Made by a program: the position numbers and the translations under genes. Below are positions 9,807 through 19,020 of a stretch of DNA of 64,000 nt, one piece after another. How positions within the stretch are numbered: position 1 is the first letter of the stretch; each line of letters begins with the position of its first letter. This DNA is from an uncultured Verrucomicrobiae bacterium (GTDB taxonomy: Bacteria > Verrucomicrobiota > Verrucomicrobiia > Chthoniobacterales > UBA10450), in assembly GCA_963756875.1 (NCBI GenBank), contig CAVWPA010000003.1, positions 960,001 through 1,024,000 on the forward strand, given 5' to 3'. The notes beneath the pieces were generated by a model. That model had not been told where the DNA came from. It saw nothing but the letters and a program-made list of their open reading frames with translations, and ran no database searches.

Positions 9807-10364
9807 GTGCGACGGTTTGCTGTCTTGAGTTTCTGTTGTGGGGCGTGGCTTGCGCTTTTAACGACGCAAGCTTGGGCGCAGGGCGTCAACAAGTCCGGAT
9901 CGCGTTTTTACTATAAGAGTTCCTTCGGGAAAACCGTATCCGTCAGCGTTATCCATCATTACTGGCTGCGACCGATCGTTCATCCGCTGGCACACGTGGA
10001 TCCCAGACTCGACCCGAAGCTGCGACGCGCAGCAACCATTGCCGAAGAACGCGCCAGCGCGCATTCCAAGGCGCGGTGCTGGCATTTTGTAAAGGCGGCG
10101 CTGGTTGCCGCCGGCGTGATTAAATCTTACCCCAAAACCGCGTACGCGGCCGATGCTGGCAGGGAGCTGGTTCGGGACTACGGCTTCAGGCGATTGCCTA
10201 TTCATGATCCTTACGCTGCTCCCGTGGGTGCCGTGCTGGTCTACGGAAACCGAAATCGCGGTCACGTCGAACTTCGCACCAGGGACGGGTTCGCCAGCGA
10301 TTATCACAGCAAGTACCGCTGTTTTTATCCGCTCGTAGCCGTTTACGGTAAATTCTCTTCCTAG
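9807..10364 (+). CDS. Secreted Cys-His putative peptidoglycan hydrolase, paralog 2
   Basis: Signal peptide, ARCWHFVKAAL, GAVLVYG...GHVELRT...FASDY. It is clearly homologous to the upstream ORF. Confidence 0.6.
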   Translation: MRRFAVLSFCCGAWLALLTTQAWAQGVNKSGSRFYYKSSFGKTVSVSVIHHYWLRPIVHPLAHVDPRLDPKLRRAATIAEERASAHSKARCWHFVKAALVAAGVIKSYPKTAYAADAGRELVRDYGFRRLPIHDPYAAPVGAVLVYGNRNRGHVELRTRDGFASDYHSKYRCFYPLVAVYGKFSS

Positions 10365-10380
10365 AGAACCAGACCGGCTC

Positions 10381-10541
10381 TGGAAGCCGTCTCATAAATA
10401 GGAAGGGGTGCGTTGCCAGAGACCTGACACTGCTGCAAGGCGCGAAGAGAGAGAATATCCTTTATGGATCTTCGACCGACGAGCAACCCAGGAGCAGCAT
10501 CAAGGATCGAGCACCAGTCCCTGTTTATGAGATGGGTTCTA
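10381..10541. mobile_element. MITE-like non-coding element with ~18 bp terminal inverted repeats
   Basis: Left end TGGAAGCCGTCTCATAAA pairs imperfectly with right end TTTATGAGATGGGTTCTA. A solo right end occurs at 13155-13172. Confidence 0.6.
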
Positions 10542-12365
10542 AGCGTAAACAAGCAGATCGATCTCCTCCGGCAAAAGAGTCGAGACTTCGCGGATAATGT
10601 TTCCCCGAAGCATTTTAATGATCGCGTTCCGTTGCGGAGCGCCCAGAACAACGCGAGAAGCGCCGACGGTGGCGGCTACATCGACGATTGTCTCTGCGGC
10701 TGAGGGGCTGACCGCGTAACAAAAAAGAGGGGCTGGCTGATCGCTGGACTTATCCTTGGCGATGGAAAAGACCGTGCGAGCATCGGGATCTTCCTGCCAT
10801 TTGCGTCTGCGATCTTGCTCCGTGATGAACAATTGCTCGCGCACGAACAGCAGATACAGACGCCGGCCGGTTTCACGCGCCTCGCGCAATGCGAAGTCCA
10901 GAGTGCGCCCGGGCCCGCGAACGGCGCAAAGAATTGCTTCGCCGGCAGTCGAATCGGCCGTTGCTTGGGAAAGCTCGGCGCCTGCCACCGCAACGGCCGA
11001 AGTTTGCGCTGGCGCCGGAGCCGGTTCCTTTCGCGCCCGACTCTCCTGAACCAGTGAACGTAAAATCAATCCAACCGTCAGGATGGTGAGAACGAAATAA
11101 CGGGCGTGCGGCTTGTCGACGACGAGTGACAGTTCAATTGCCACCATCACCAGAAACGTTGCAAACATGAGTGTTCGTTCCCAGCTGCGGATTGACAATT
11201 TTTTGTCGGTCGACGTGGCGCCGAGATTGGCGGCGATCGCGCCGACCACTCCGACGGCGTAAAGTTCCGCCAGTCCGGCTATGTCTTTAACAAAGAGCAC
11301 GAGCGCGATTGGTATGAGCGTGGCGCAACACATGCCGAAGCTCGGCACGCCCCATTTGTTGAGATGGTGAAAAACCGGCGGCAACTCACGGTCTCGCGCC
11401 ATTAGAAACTGGATCATGATCAGAGCCACGATGGCGGTGTTCACGGCCGAGAGGAGCAGCATGGCAAAAACGACACTAACGACGAAACCGAAGACGTTGC
11501 CGGCAAGCGGTCCGAGCGCGCCGCCGACGAAAACCTTGCCCATGTAGCGCAACATGTAATCGCGCACTCCGTGGCCACCAGGGGCGGTGACATCGCCGTT
11601 GACGACGTGGAGGCCGTTGAGCGCATGCATCGCCAGGCCGAGCAGGGCGGTGAAAACACAGACCTCGATCATCACCCACAGGATTGCCGGCGTGGATGTT
11701 TTGCTCACCGAAGGATTCTCATCGGTGCTGCCCGGATTCAGCCGCATTACGCCCGTCGCGTTGGCGATCGCCTCGACGCCGGACAACGCAAGCACGATTC
11801 CCACAAAGCCGGTCCAGTTGCGCCAGAATCCGCCGTGAAGCGGCTGCAAATGTCCAATTGCCTGACCCAGATGAGGCAAGCTGAACAAACCCAGCGTTAC
11901 GACGACCAGGACCGTTGGGATGGATATAAGAAACGCCAGACCGCCGGTATGTTTGGGGCCGAGCAGGTTCAATAGTCCAATTACGAGGATCGCCGCGGCA
12001 GCGAATTTTTCCGGATGCGGCACACCGAGATATTGGAAGGCGGAAAGGGCGCTGATAGCCGCGGTGACCAGGTAATCGGCGATGAGCAAAAAAGCGCCGA
12101 CAATCGAGATGACTTCACTCCGGTGGCGCACGCTGGCATAAACACCACCCCCATCGGGATAGAGGCGGCAGATGATCATGTAATTGATACCCACCAGCGC
12201 AGTAAGCACGCACATCGCTGCGATGAGCCAGAACGAGGAGTAGCCTCCAATGGCGAAAGCCAGGCCGATGACGTAAGCCTTGCTCGTGCCCCAGTCGCCG
12301 TAGAGAATCGCCGCCGCACGCGGCGTATTTACGTTACGTGGACGCCTGATATTTGTCGGTATCAA
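10539..12365 (-). CDS. APC family permease with C-terminal universal stress protein (USP) domain
   Basis: GDWGTSKAY, YPDGGGVY, SGVEAIANA, about 12 TMs, then a soluble domain ending AETIVDVA...VVLGA...LRGNIIREV...DLLVY. Confidence 0.85.
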   Translation of the reverse strand: MIPTNIRRPRNVNTPRAAAILYGDWGTSKAYVIGLAFAIGGYSSFWLIAAMCVLTALVGINYMIICRLYPDGGGVYASVRHRSEVISIVGAFLLIADYLVTAAISALSAFQYLGVPHPEKFAAAAILVIGLLNLLGPKHTGGLAFLISIPTVLVVVTLGLFSLPHLGQAIGHLQPLHGGFWRNWTGFVGIVLALSGVEAIANATGVMRLNPGSTDENPSVSKTSTPAILWVMIEVCVFTALLGLAMHALNGLHVVNGDVTAPGGHGVRDYMLRYMGKVFVGGALGPLAGNVFGFVVSVVFAMLLLSAVNTAIVALIMIQFLMARDRELPPVFHHLNKWGVPSFGMCCATLIPIALVLFVKDIAGLAELYAVGVVGAIAANLGATSTDKKLSIRSWERTLMFATFLVMVAIELSLVVDKPHARYFVLTILTVGLILRSLVQESRARKEPAPAPAQTSAVAVAGAELSQATADSTAGEAILCAVRGPGRTLDFALREARETGRRLYLLFVREQLFITEQDRRRKWQEDPDARTVFSIAKDKSSDQPAPLFCYAVSPSAAETIVDVAATVGASRVVLGAPQRNAIIKMLRGNIIREVSTLLPEEIDLLVYA

Positions 12366-12428
12366 TTGATTGAGTCAAACCAGCGGGCGAATCCACGTCA
12401 AGCCGCCCGGCCTTGCGAATAGATGTCC

Positions 12429-13151
12429 CTAGTGGCGCGGCTTGTTCGATGGCGCGCTTGGTTTCGGGGCCGGGGTGGCTGGACTCGGAGCCACCAAAAG
12501 GGGTGGCACGGTTGGTCCGGCGGGGGGCCGCGGGGACGGAGGCACTTTGAGGGAACGCAACTGCATCTCCGCTTGATTGGCCCAAAAGCTGTCGCGGTAA
12601 TCGGTCATCACTTTTTCGCAAACGCGACGCGCTTCTTCAATTTGGTTCTTTGCCTTCAGCAGGGACGCCTCGGAAACGAGCGCAAGCGGAGCGTTGAAAT
12701 TCGTGGGATACTTGGCGGCCACCAGTTGATAGATCGACAATGCCTCGTCTGTCTTGCCCATGGACTCCAAATTGGCCGCCATCGCGATGCGGGCGGTCGG
12801 CACCAGCTCATGATCCGGGTTTTTGTCGATGAACGTCTCTAAAGTGGCATTCGCATCCGCGAACTTCTTTTCCTTTCGCTGAGCCTCGGCAAGCAGAAGA
12901 AAAGCAGAAGCTCCGGCTGGGGTGTTCGGGTAACGAGTCGCCACCTGCTGATAATCTTGCTCGGTTTTGGCGCCGCTCAATAAAGCCGCAGCGACAGTGG
13001 CCTGCCGGTCCGTGTAGAGCCGGTATCCCGCGAAGCCGCCGAGGGCCAGAACTAAAATGGCTGCTGCTGCGATGATCTCATTCCGGAATCGTAACCAGAA
13101 AACTTGCGCGTCGATTGTAGTATTCCGAGACGGAGGCGAAGCGGTGGGCAT
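12429..13151 (-). CDS. Membrane-anchored TPR protein (YfgM-like)
   Basis: Single N-terminal TM, YPNTPAG and TPR-like helices, Pro-rich tail. Confidence 0.75.
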   Translation of the reverse strand: MPTASPPSRNTTIDAQVFWLRFRNEIIAAAAILVLALGGFAGYRLYTDRQATVAAALLSGAKTEQDYQQVATRYPNTPAGASAFLLLAEAQRKEKKFADANATLETFIDKNPDHELVPTARIAMAANLESMGKTDEALSIYQLVAAKYPTNFNAPLALVSEASLLKAKNQIEEARRVCEKVMTDYRDSFWANQAEMQLRSLKVPPSPRPPAGPTVPPLLVAPSPATPAPKPSAPSNKPRH

Positions 13152-13269
13152 GGATTTGTGAGATGGGTTCTATGCCATGCGAAACTTTCTCGTGCAAGCT
13201 CGGCAACGGCATCGTCGTCTGGGGTAGCAGTAGGGCATTCGGGCGACGCCTAACAAGAAAGGAGGAAAA

Positions 13270-13692
13270 TCAGGCGGTTCGCGACAAGAAGACCATATAT
13301 ACAATCAGTGCGACACCAGCCGCCAGAATAATGGCAGTGACGGCTGCAACCATGCTGGGATCCGCTTCAATCTCTCCGCGCTGGATCGAACGATGGACCA
13401 CATGATATCGCCACGCCGCGAAGGCTGTTAGCACGCCTCCGGCGGCGATCATGCATTCGCCAATTACTGCCGAGATTCCAGTGTGGCGTACGTGCACTGC
13501 CGGATTAAGGCCCATGGACATTTCCCGCATCCAAAGGCCGAACCGCGCGATGACGAAGCCGAGCGTCATCACTGCGATACTTGTCCGCACCCAGGCGAGA
13601 AAAGTGCGCTCGTTTGCAAGGATCTCCGCTTCGATCTTGTCCGGGGCGAGCTCTCTCTTTTTGGAGGCGGATTCCGGTCTCTCGTTAGCCAT
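13270..13692 (-). CDS. DUF202 / YidH family inner membrane protein
   Basis: LANERTFLAWVRT signature. Confidence 0.9.
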   Translation of the reverse strand: MANERPESASKKRELAPDKIEAEILANERTFLAWVRTSIAVMTLGFVIARFGLWMREMSMGLNPAVHVRHTGISAVIGECMIAAGGVLTAFAAWRYHVVHRSIQRGEIEADPSMVAAVTAIILAAGVALIVYMVFLSRTA

Positions 13693-13817
13693 GGATACTC
13701 ACTATAAATTCGATTTTCGAGAGTTTCACAAGCCTTGCGCATACTGCTGTAGGCCGTGTTAAATCAACCGCATGAACTTATGGCATCAATCCTGGACTCT
13801 GGCTTCCGAATTCAAGA

Positions 13818-13847
13818 TTGGACGTTCGACGTTGGACGTTCGACGTT
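13818..13847. repeat. Heptamer tandem repeat (TT[G/C]GACG)x4
   Basis: TTGGACG TTCGACG TTGGACG TTCGACG TT. Confidence 0.85.
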
Positions 13848-13854
13848 TGCTGCG

Positions 13855-14925
13855 GTGATTCCCCACGACAAGCTTTTTACTCCGGGCCCGGTCGAAGTCT
13901 CCCCGAAAACGCTGGCGGCCTTTTCTCGGCCGATGATCGGCCATCGAGGCGAGGATTTTAAGAATCTTTACCGCGACATTCACCCGAAGCTGCAAACGCT
14001 CTTCGGGACCCGGCAGCCGATTTTCCTATCCACCTCGTCGGCTTGGGGAGTAATGGAGGCGGCGCTTCATAATCTGGCCGATCGCGGCGTCCTCTGCTGC
14101 ATGTGTGGCGCGTTTTCGGACAAATGGCTCGATGTTGCGCGACGCTGCGGCAAAAACGCCGAGCCGCTCCGGGTCGATTGGGGAGAACACATCGATCACA
14201 AGGATGTCGATGCAAAACTGGCATCGGGAAAGTTCGATACCGTGACGCTGATTCATAACGAGACCTCGACCGGCGTCATGAATCCGCTGCCGGAAATCTG
14301 CTGCGTCCTCGCGAAATATCCCGAGATCGTGCTTATCGTCGATACGGTCTCCTCATTCTCCGCGATGAAGATCGAAATGGACGCGCTCGGGATCGATGTG
14401 ATGCTTACAGGCGCGCAAAAGGCGCTGGCTCTTCCCCCGGGCTTTTCGCTGTTTTCAGTCTCTGAAAAAGCGTTTGCGCGCGCCGAAAGGATTTCGAACC
14501 GCGGCTACTACTTCGATTTCCTTGAGTTTAAGAAGCAACAGGCCGAATGGATGACACCGACCACGCCGAGCATTGGCCACGTCTTTGCCCTGCAATCCAA
14601 GCTCGACGAAATTTCCGCGGAAAGCCTCGACGCGCGTTACGCCCGCCACGCTCGCACGAACGCGCTCGTTCACGACTGGGTCCGCCGCGCCGGCTTCGAT
14701 TTCTTCGCCCAGGAGGGCTATCGTTCAAAGACGCTCACCTGCGTAAAAAACAACAAAGGTGTCGATGTCCTGGCGTTTGCGAAGAAGCTTCGCGAAAAAC
14801 ATCATCTCGTGATCGATCCCGGCTACGGCAAACTCCGCGGGAAAACATTCCGTCTCTCCAATATGGGGGACGAAACCGAGGAAACCGTGTCGCAGTTGCT
14901 CGCGTCTTTGGACGATGTCCTGTAG
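13855..14925 (+). CDS. Class V PLP-dependent aminotransferase (alanine/serine-glyoxylate or SerC-like)
   Basis: LFTPGP, HNETSTG, VDTVSS, GAQKALALPPG. GTG start chosen downstream of the tandem repeat. Confidence 0.9.
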   Translation: MIPHDKLFTPGPVEVSPKTLAAFSRPMIGHRGEDFKNLYRDIHPKLQTLFGTRQPIFLSTSSAWGVMEAALHNLADRGVLCCMCGAFSDKWLDVARRCGKNAEPLRVDWGEHIDHKDVDAKLASGKFDTVTLIHNETSTGVMNPLPEICCVLAKYPEIVLIVDTVSSFSAMKIEMDALGIDVMLTGAQKALALPPGFSLFSVSEKAFARAERISNRGYYFDFLEFKKQQAEWMTPTTPSIGHVFALQSKLDEISAESLDARYARHARTNALVHDWVRRAGFDFFAQEGYRSKTLTCVKNNKGVDVLAFAKKLREKHHLVIDPGYGKLRGKTFRLSNMGDETEETVSQLLASLDDVL

Positions 14926-15004
14926 CGGCGGACCGTCGCAAAATTTCAGCGCCGATTTGCCCGTTGGGCCATAGCTGCGCGAAGAATCGTCGGTGGCTGT
15001 GGGC

Positions 15005-15967
15005 CTACTTTGCCTGCACTTCCGCCTGAGCGGCGCGAATTCTTTCCTCGGATGCCCGGCGGAGATTGCGCACGAGTCCAAGTTTCGCGAGAGACCAGAT
15101 GATCCATTTGGTTGGATCGATCTGCCACGGCCGGACGCCGTTGCGGTAATCGTATTGAAACTCGTGGTGATAGTTGTGATAGCCTTCGCCGAATGTGAAC
15201 ATCGCGAGCATCCACGAATCGCGCGCGCTGCATTTGGTCGAGTAAGGCTGTCGTCCCATCACGTGGCAGGCGCTGTTGATCAAAAACGTCGTGTGCTGGA
15301 CACAGACGACCCGGGCAATGCCGGCGATCAAAAACCCGCCAAGCGCGCCGGACCAGCCGTTCCAGATCCCGCCGAGGAGCGCTGGAAGAGCAAAACCCAT
15401 CAGCACCGCGAGGAGATGAATGTAACGATGTTGCAAGCGAATTAGCGGGTCTTTTTGCAGGTCCGCGACGTTGTCGAACGGCGGATCCGGTTTCAGTTTA
15501 AACAACAGCCAGCCGATGTGCGCGTACCAAAATCCCTTTGAGATGCTGTAAGGATCGGCTTCGTCGTGATCGACATATTTGTGGTGACGTCGATGTTCGC
15601 TCGCCCACATTACGACTGAGTTTTCAAACGCGGCGGCGCCGAAGAGCAAGGTAAAGAAACGAACGGGCCAGCTCGCCTGGAAGGTAATGTGCGAGAACAA
15701 ACGGTGATAGCCGAGAGTGATGCTAAACCCGGTGGCGGCCATCAGTGCGAAAAAGAGCGCAACCTGAAACCAGTCGAGTCCAAAGTACCAGAGATAAAGC
15801 GGCACTGCGGTCAGCGTTAGCGCGAGTGTTCCGATGAGAAATGCACTGGTCGTCCAGTTGACGCGATCGATCGGAAAACGACCAAGGAGTGATCGCGAGC
15901 GAACAGGGCCTGCGCTGTTCATCGCCGGCGTTGGATCTGTTGTGGGAACTGCAGTGGATGAATTCAA
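15005..15967 (-). CDS. Delta-9 acyl-CoA / fatty acid desaturase
   Basis: His boxes GYHRLFSH, HRRHH and YHNYHH, plus DPTKW. Confidence 0.93.
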   Translation of the reverse strand: MNSSTAVPTTDPTPAMNSAGPVRSRSLLGRFPIDRVNWTTSAFLIGTLALTLTAVPLYLWYFGLDWFQVALFFALMAATGFSITLGYHRLFSHITFQASWPVRFFTLLFGAAAFENSVVMWASEHRRHHKYVDHDEADPYSISKGFWYAHIGWLLFKLKPDPPFDNVADLQKDPLIRLQHRYIHLLAVLMGFALPALLGGIWNGWSGALGGFLIAGIARVVCVQHTTFLINSACHVMGRQPYSTKCSARDSWMLAMFTFGEGYHNYHHEFQYDYRNGVRPWQIDPTKWIIWSLAKLGLVRNLRRASEERIRAAQAEVQAK

Positions 15968-16102
15968 AATAAGTATTCGGTTCTGGAATTAACTTTAAGC
16001 ACAGGCGGTTCGAAACGATCCGCCGTGCGGAACTCTAAGACAGTGGACTATCGCATAGTCGTAAAAAATAACAGCATAAATTATTCTCGGAGTTAAGGAT
16101 CG

Positions 16103-16144
16103 AAACAAAAGAGAAGGGCGCCTTCGTTTCCGAAAGCGCCCTTC
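16103..16144 (-). terminator. Intrinsic terminator of rnpB
   Basis: On the minus strand, the hairpin GAAGGGCGCTTTCG-GAAA-CGAAGGCGCCCTTC is followed by TCTTTTGTTT. Confidence 0.75.
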
Positions 16145-16149
16145 ATATT

Positions 16150-16589
16150 AGATGGCGGTAAGCCGAATTCTGTTCCCGGGACTTTTCCAGAAAAGTGCCG
16201 GGTGACGATCATTTATCTCATCCGTCCCGCCGAGGCGGGACGAATGCCCAATGAGCCGTGTCCGGCGGTCAATGACCACCGCTACAGCCCATCGTGATGC
16301 GACGATACCCGAGGATCAAACGGGCCGGCTGCCCTCCCTCTGTTTTGTCTTGCACCGCATGGGGTTTTTCGTGCCTCGCGAATTACTCCGCGAGCGGTGA
16401 GCTCTTACCTCGCCTTTTCACCCTTGCCTGCGCTTCTTTCAAAGAACCGGCGGTCTCTTTTCTGTGACACTCTCCGTCACCGCGATCTTTCAACCGCGGC
16501 GCCCGCGTCTTTTACGCGGCATGCTGCCGTATGGTGTTCGGACTTTCCTCCAGCGAATCTTGCGATTCACCAGCGATCATCTGCCATCG
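16150..16589 (-). ncRNA. rnpB: RNase P RNA (bacterial type A-like)
   Basis: The minus strand contains GAGGAAAGTCCG, ACAGAAA, GGGTGAAA, GGTAAGAG, AAACCCC...GCAAG and AACAGAATTCGGCTTAC. The P1 ends GATGGC/GCCATC pair. Confidence 0.95.
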
Positions 16590-16661
16590 ACGCCTATTTT
16601 AGCACAACCAGGACCGCACGAAAGCGTGAAGACGCCCGGCAAGATCGACAACAGCCGCCGC

Positions 16662-16919
16662 TCAGGGCTTTTGCGCGTCCTGCGTCCGGGCGCGCGATTG
16701 TTCGGTCACGTCGCGGGCGCGGTCCAGGTCACGCTTCATGAAATTGTATTTGGACGCCTGACCACGCGGGGCCGGTGTCAACGGCGCAGGCGTGGCTTTT
16801 GTTCCAACCGATTCGGTTGCGACAGGCTTTGCTGGGGCCGATGCCGTCCCATTTTGCTTCTGCCACAAAAAGAGGAACCCCAAACCGGCAACGAGCAGAA
16901 AAATAATGAACCCACGCAT
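16662..16919 (-). CDS. Small membrane-anchored hypothetical protein
   Basis: N-terminal hydrophobic helix, Pro/Ala linker, C-terminal NFMKRDLDRARDV helix. Confidence 0.6.
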   Translation of the reverse strand: MRGFIIFLLVAGLGFLFLWQKQNGTASAPAKPVATESVGTKATPAPLTPAPRGQASKYNFMKRDLDRARDVTEQSRARTQDAQKP

Positions 16920-17030
16920 GCTTTGTTTTGCAGCAGTTGCCAAGCCACGGCTACCCGGATTGCGCTGCTCGAATCGTGCTATCCGGCAGCGGTGGATCTG
17001 CTGTCAGCGGACAATTTAGCGCAATCTGGA

Positions 17031-17891
17031 TTACGACCGAGCCTCGCCTGGCGTATGCGCGATTTCTCTTAGTCGCCTAAACACAGCATCCACCGTTTCG
17101 CGCATGGTTGAGGTCCCTGCGGTTAAGCCGACGATTTCGATGCCTTCAAACTCCTTCGAGGTGAGTTCTTCGGCGCGTTCTATATGGATCGCGCGTCGGC
17201 CGGCGGCGCGACAAGTCTCGACCAGTTGGCGGGTGTTATTGCTCTCGCGTCCGCCGACCACGACGATCAGCTCCGTTTTTGCGATCAACGCCAGCAGAGC
17301 TGATTGTCGATCCTTTGTCGGCTTGCACACCGTATCGACGAAGCGCACTTCGCTTCGCGGATTCAGCCGCTGAATCTCGCCGACCAAGCGGTGCGCATGG
17401 TCGATCGGCTGCGTAGTTTGCGATATGACCCCGTAGCGATCCCGCGCCGGCAGTTTTGCGATGTCGCCCGCAACATCGACTACACGCGCCTCAGGGAAAT
17501 CCTCCGTCAATCCGCGCACTTCGACATGGCCGGCCCTGCCGATGACAACGGGAAAGTAACCGGCGGCCACGAGCTGTTTCAGTTGTTCGTGCGCGTGGCG
17601 GACCAGCGGGCAGGTCGCATCGACGACATCGAAACCCGCCCTGTGCCACATCGCGCGCTTCTGATCCGACGCACCGTGCGCGCTGATCATGACACGCTCC
17701 GATGTCGCTCGCGTGTCGTCGAGGGAGCCTTCGATGGCGCCCTGAGCCCGAAGCCGTTCGCGAACCAGCGGATTGTGAACGAGCTCGCCGAGGATCGTGA
17801 GTGGCGCTTCGCGTGCGACCTTTTGGGCGTGAGCGATGGCGTCGCGGACGCCGAAACAAACACCGAAATGCTCAGCAAGCAGGATTTTCAT
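17031..17891 (-). CDS. ispH: 4-hydroxy-3-methylbut-2-enyl diphosphate reductase
   Basis: GVCFGV, VHN, AHG, DATCPLV, HVEV, QTT, TVC, SNN and TAGTST motifs. Confidence 0.95.
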   Translation of the reverse strand: MKILLAEHFGVCFGVRDAIAHAQKVAREAPLTILGELVHNPLVRERLRAQGAIEGSLDDTRATSERVMISAHGASDQKRAMWHRAGFDVVDATCPLVRHAHEQLKQLVAAGYFPVVIGRAGHVEVRGLTEDFPEARVVDVAGDIAKLPARDRYGVISQTTQPIDHAHRLVGEIQRLNPRSEVRFVDTVCKPTKDRQSALLALIAKTELIVVVGGRESNNTRQLVETCRAAGRRAIHIERAEELTSKEFEGIEIVGLTAGTSTMRETVDAVFRRLREIAHTPGEARS

Positions 17892-17914
17892 CGGATCAGC
17901 GATTTCTGAGGTGG

Positions 17915-17931
17915 ACTTTGTATCGCAAAGT
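17915..17931. promoter_or_regulatory. Palindromic operator ACTTTG-N5-CAAAGT upstream of ispH
   Basis: ACTTTGTATCGCAAAGT lies within a 25-bp block (17914-17938) identical to 18926-18950. Confidence 0.75.
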
Positions 17932-17948
17932 AAATGCGCAAAAAATTT

Positions 17949-18245
17949 TCATTGTTTCCCTGCTTTGATGATTTGCTCCAGCACGTGCAGGTAATCCTTG
18001 AATGCCGCACGACCCTTGGACGTCAGCGAATAGCTGGTCTGGGGCCGGCCGCGCATCTCCTTTGTGTAAGCAACCAGGCCGAGCCGATGCAACGTGCGAA
18101 GATGCGTAATTAAATTGCCGTCGCTCATTCCCAGCTCCTCTTTGAGGTCCTGGAAGGACCAGCGCAGACGCGTTGCCAGCAATGTCATAATCGCGAGACG
18201 CCCCTTCTCGTGAATCGCCTTGTCCAGTTTTTCGAAGTCCGGCAT
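17949..18245 (-). CDS. Winged-helix (ArsR/MarR-like) transcriptional regulator
   Basis: LDKAIHEKGRLAIM...FQDLKEELGMSDGNLITHLRTL...TSYSLTSKGR. Confidence 0.9.
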   Translation of the reverse strand: MPDFEKLDKAIHEKGRLAIMTLLATRLRWSFQDLKEELGMSDGNLITHLRTLHRLGLVAYTKEMRGRPQTSYSLTSKGRAAFKDYLHVLEQIIKAGKQ

Positions 18246-18248
18246 CGC

Positions 18249-18918
18249 TCATTCGACGGCGCCCTGCGCGGCTCGCGCCGCCTTTGTCGGCCGCCAGGTG
18301 AATGCGGCGTAAATCAGGTGGTACAGGCCAAACGTAACCGCCATGATCGCCAGAGGCAGGTTCGCCGAGAAATCCTCGTTTGCATTGAGAACCGCGGGCA
18401 CGCTGAGTCCGGTGAGCAGGAACGCCCAGCCGAGGATCGCCAGTGACCGAGGCGCGAATAATCCGGTGGAAAGCAGCGCCAACCCGTAAAAAAGGACCCA
18501 CACGACGACCAGGTCCAGTTCCGCTCCGCCCAGGTAACCGGTGGAGAAGAACCATAGGGTAAATGCGGTGGGAATGAGAAGGCACGGGCCAACAGCCTTT
18601 AAGGCCAGTTTCATTCCTGAAGAGGCGAATGGCCGGCCGTTCCGGCGCGCTTCGCGCCAGATAAAGAATGTGTTGGTCACAAGCGCCAGAATTCAGTACG
18701 GCGATCCAGATCAGGACGAACTCGCGGCCGCCGATAATGATGCTGCCCGGTGCCGAGTTGTATTCATTGTTCCAGTAAATTCCGCCTGCAGCGAGAAGCG
18801 AGAGCAGGCCGGCGACGACGGCGGAGGGGGCGGAGATGGCGCGATAAACGGTGGCTCGCTCCATCAAGCCGCGAATGACGCGAAGATCTTCCTCCGCCCT
18901 GGAGCGCTCATGGTTCAT
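18249..18918 (-). pseudogene. Polytopic membrane protein interrupted by a +1 frameshift near 18692 (real or sequencing error)
   Basis: MNHERSRAEEDLRVIRGLMERA...WIAVL continues as ILALVTNTFFIWREARR if one base is removed. Confidence 0.75.
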
Positions 18919-18926
18919 TTGAAATG

Positions 18927-18943
18927 ACTTTGTATCGCAAAGT
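18927..18943. promoter_or_regulatory. Second copy of the ACTTTG-N5-CAAAGT operator
   Basis: Identical palindrome 8 nt upstream of the membrane-protein ATG. It overlaps a minus-strand TTGCGC-N17-TACAAA promoter-like sequence. Confidence 0.75.
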
Positions 18944-19020
18944 AAATGCGGGCGCAATAACTTTTTCGCCGAGTCATCCCGAGTCATCCACGGAAGCGCC
19001 GGCCCATGGACGGCGCCAAA

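Noticed and set aside
16397..17072. + strand ORFs overlapping rnpB
   Set aside because: They are antisense to RNase P RNA and a more plausible small gene, so they are shadow ORFs.
17896..18987. 363-aa ORF as a single real protein
   Set aside because: It is an artefact of the +1 frameshift and runs out of frame across the regulator gene.
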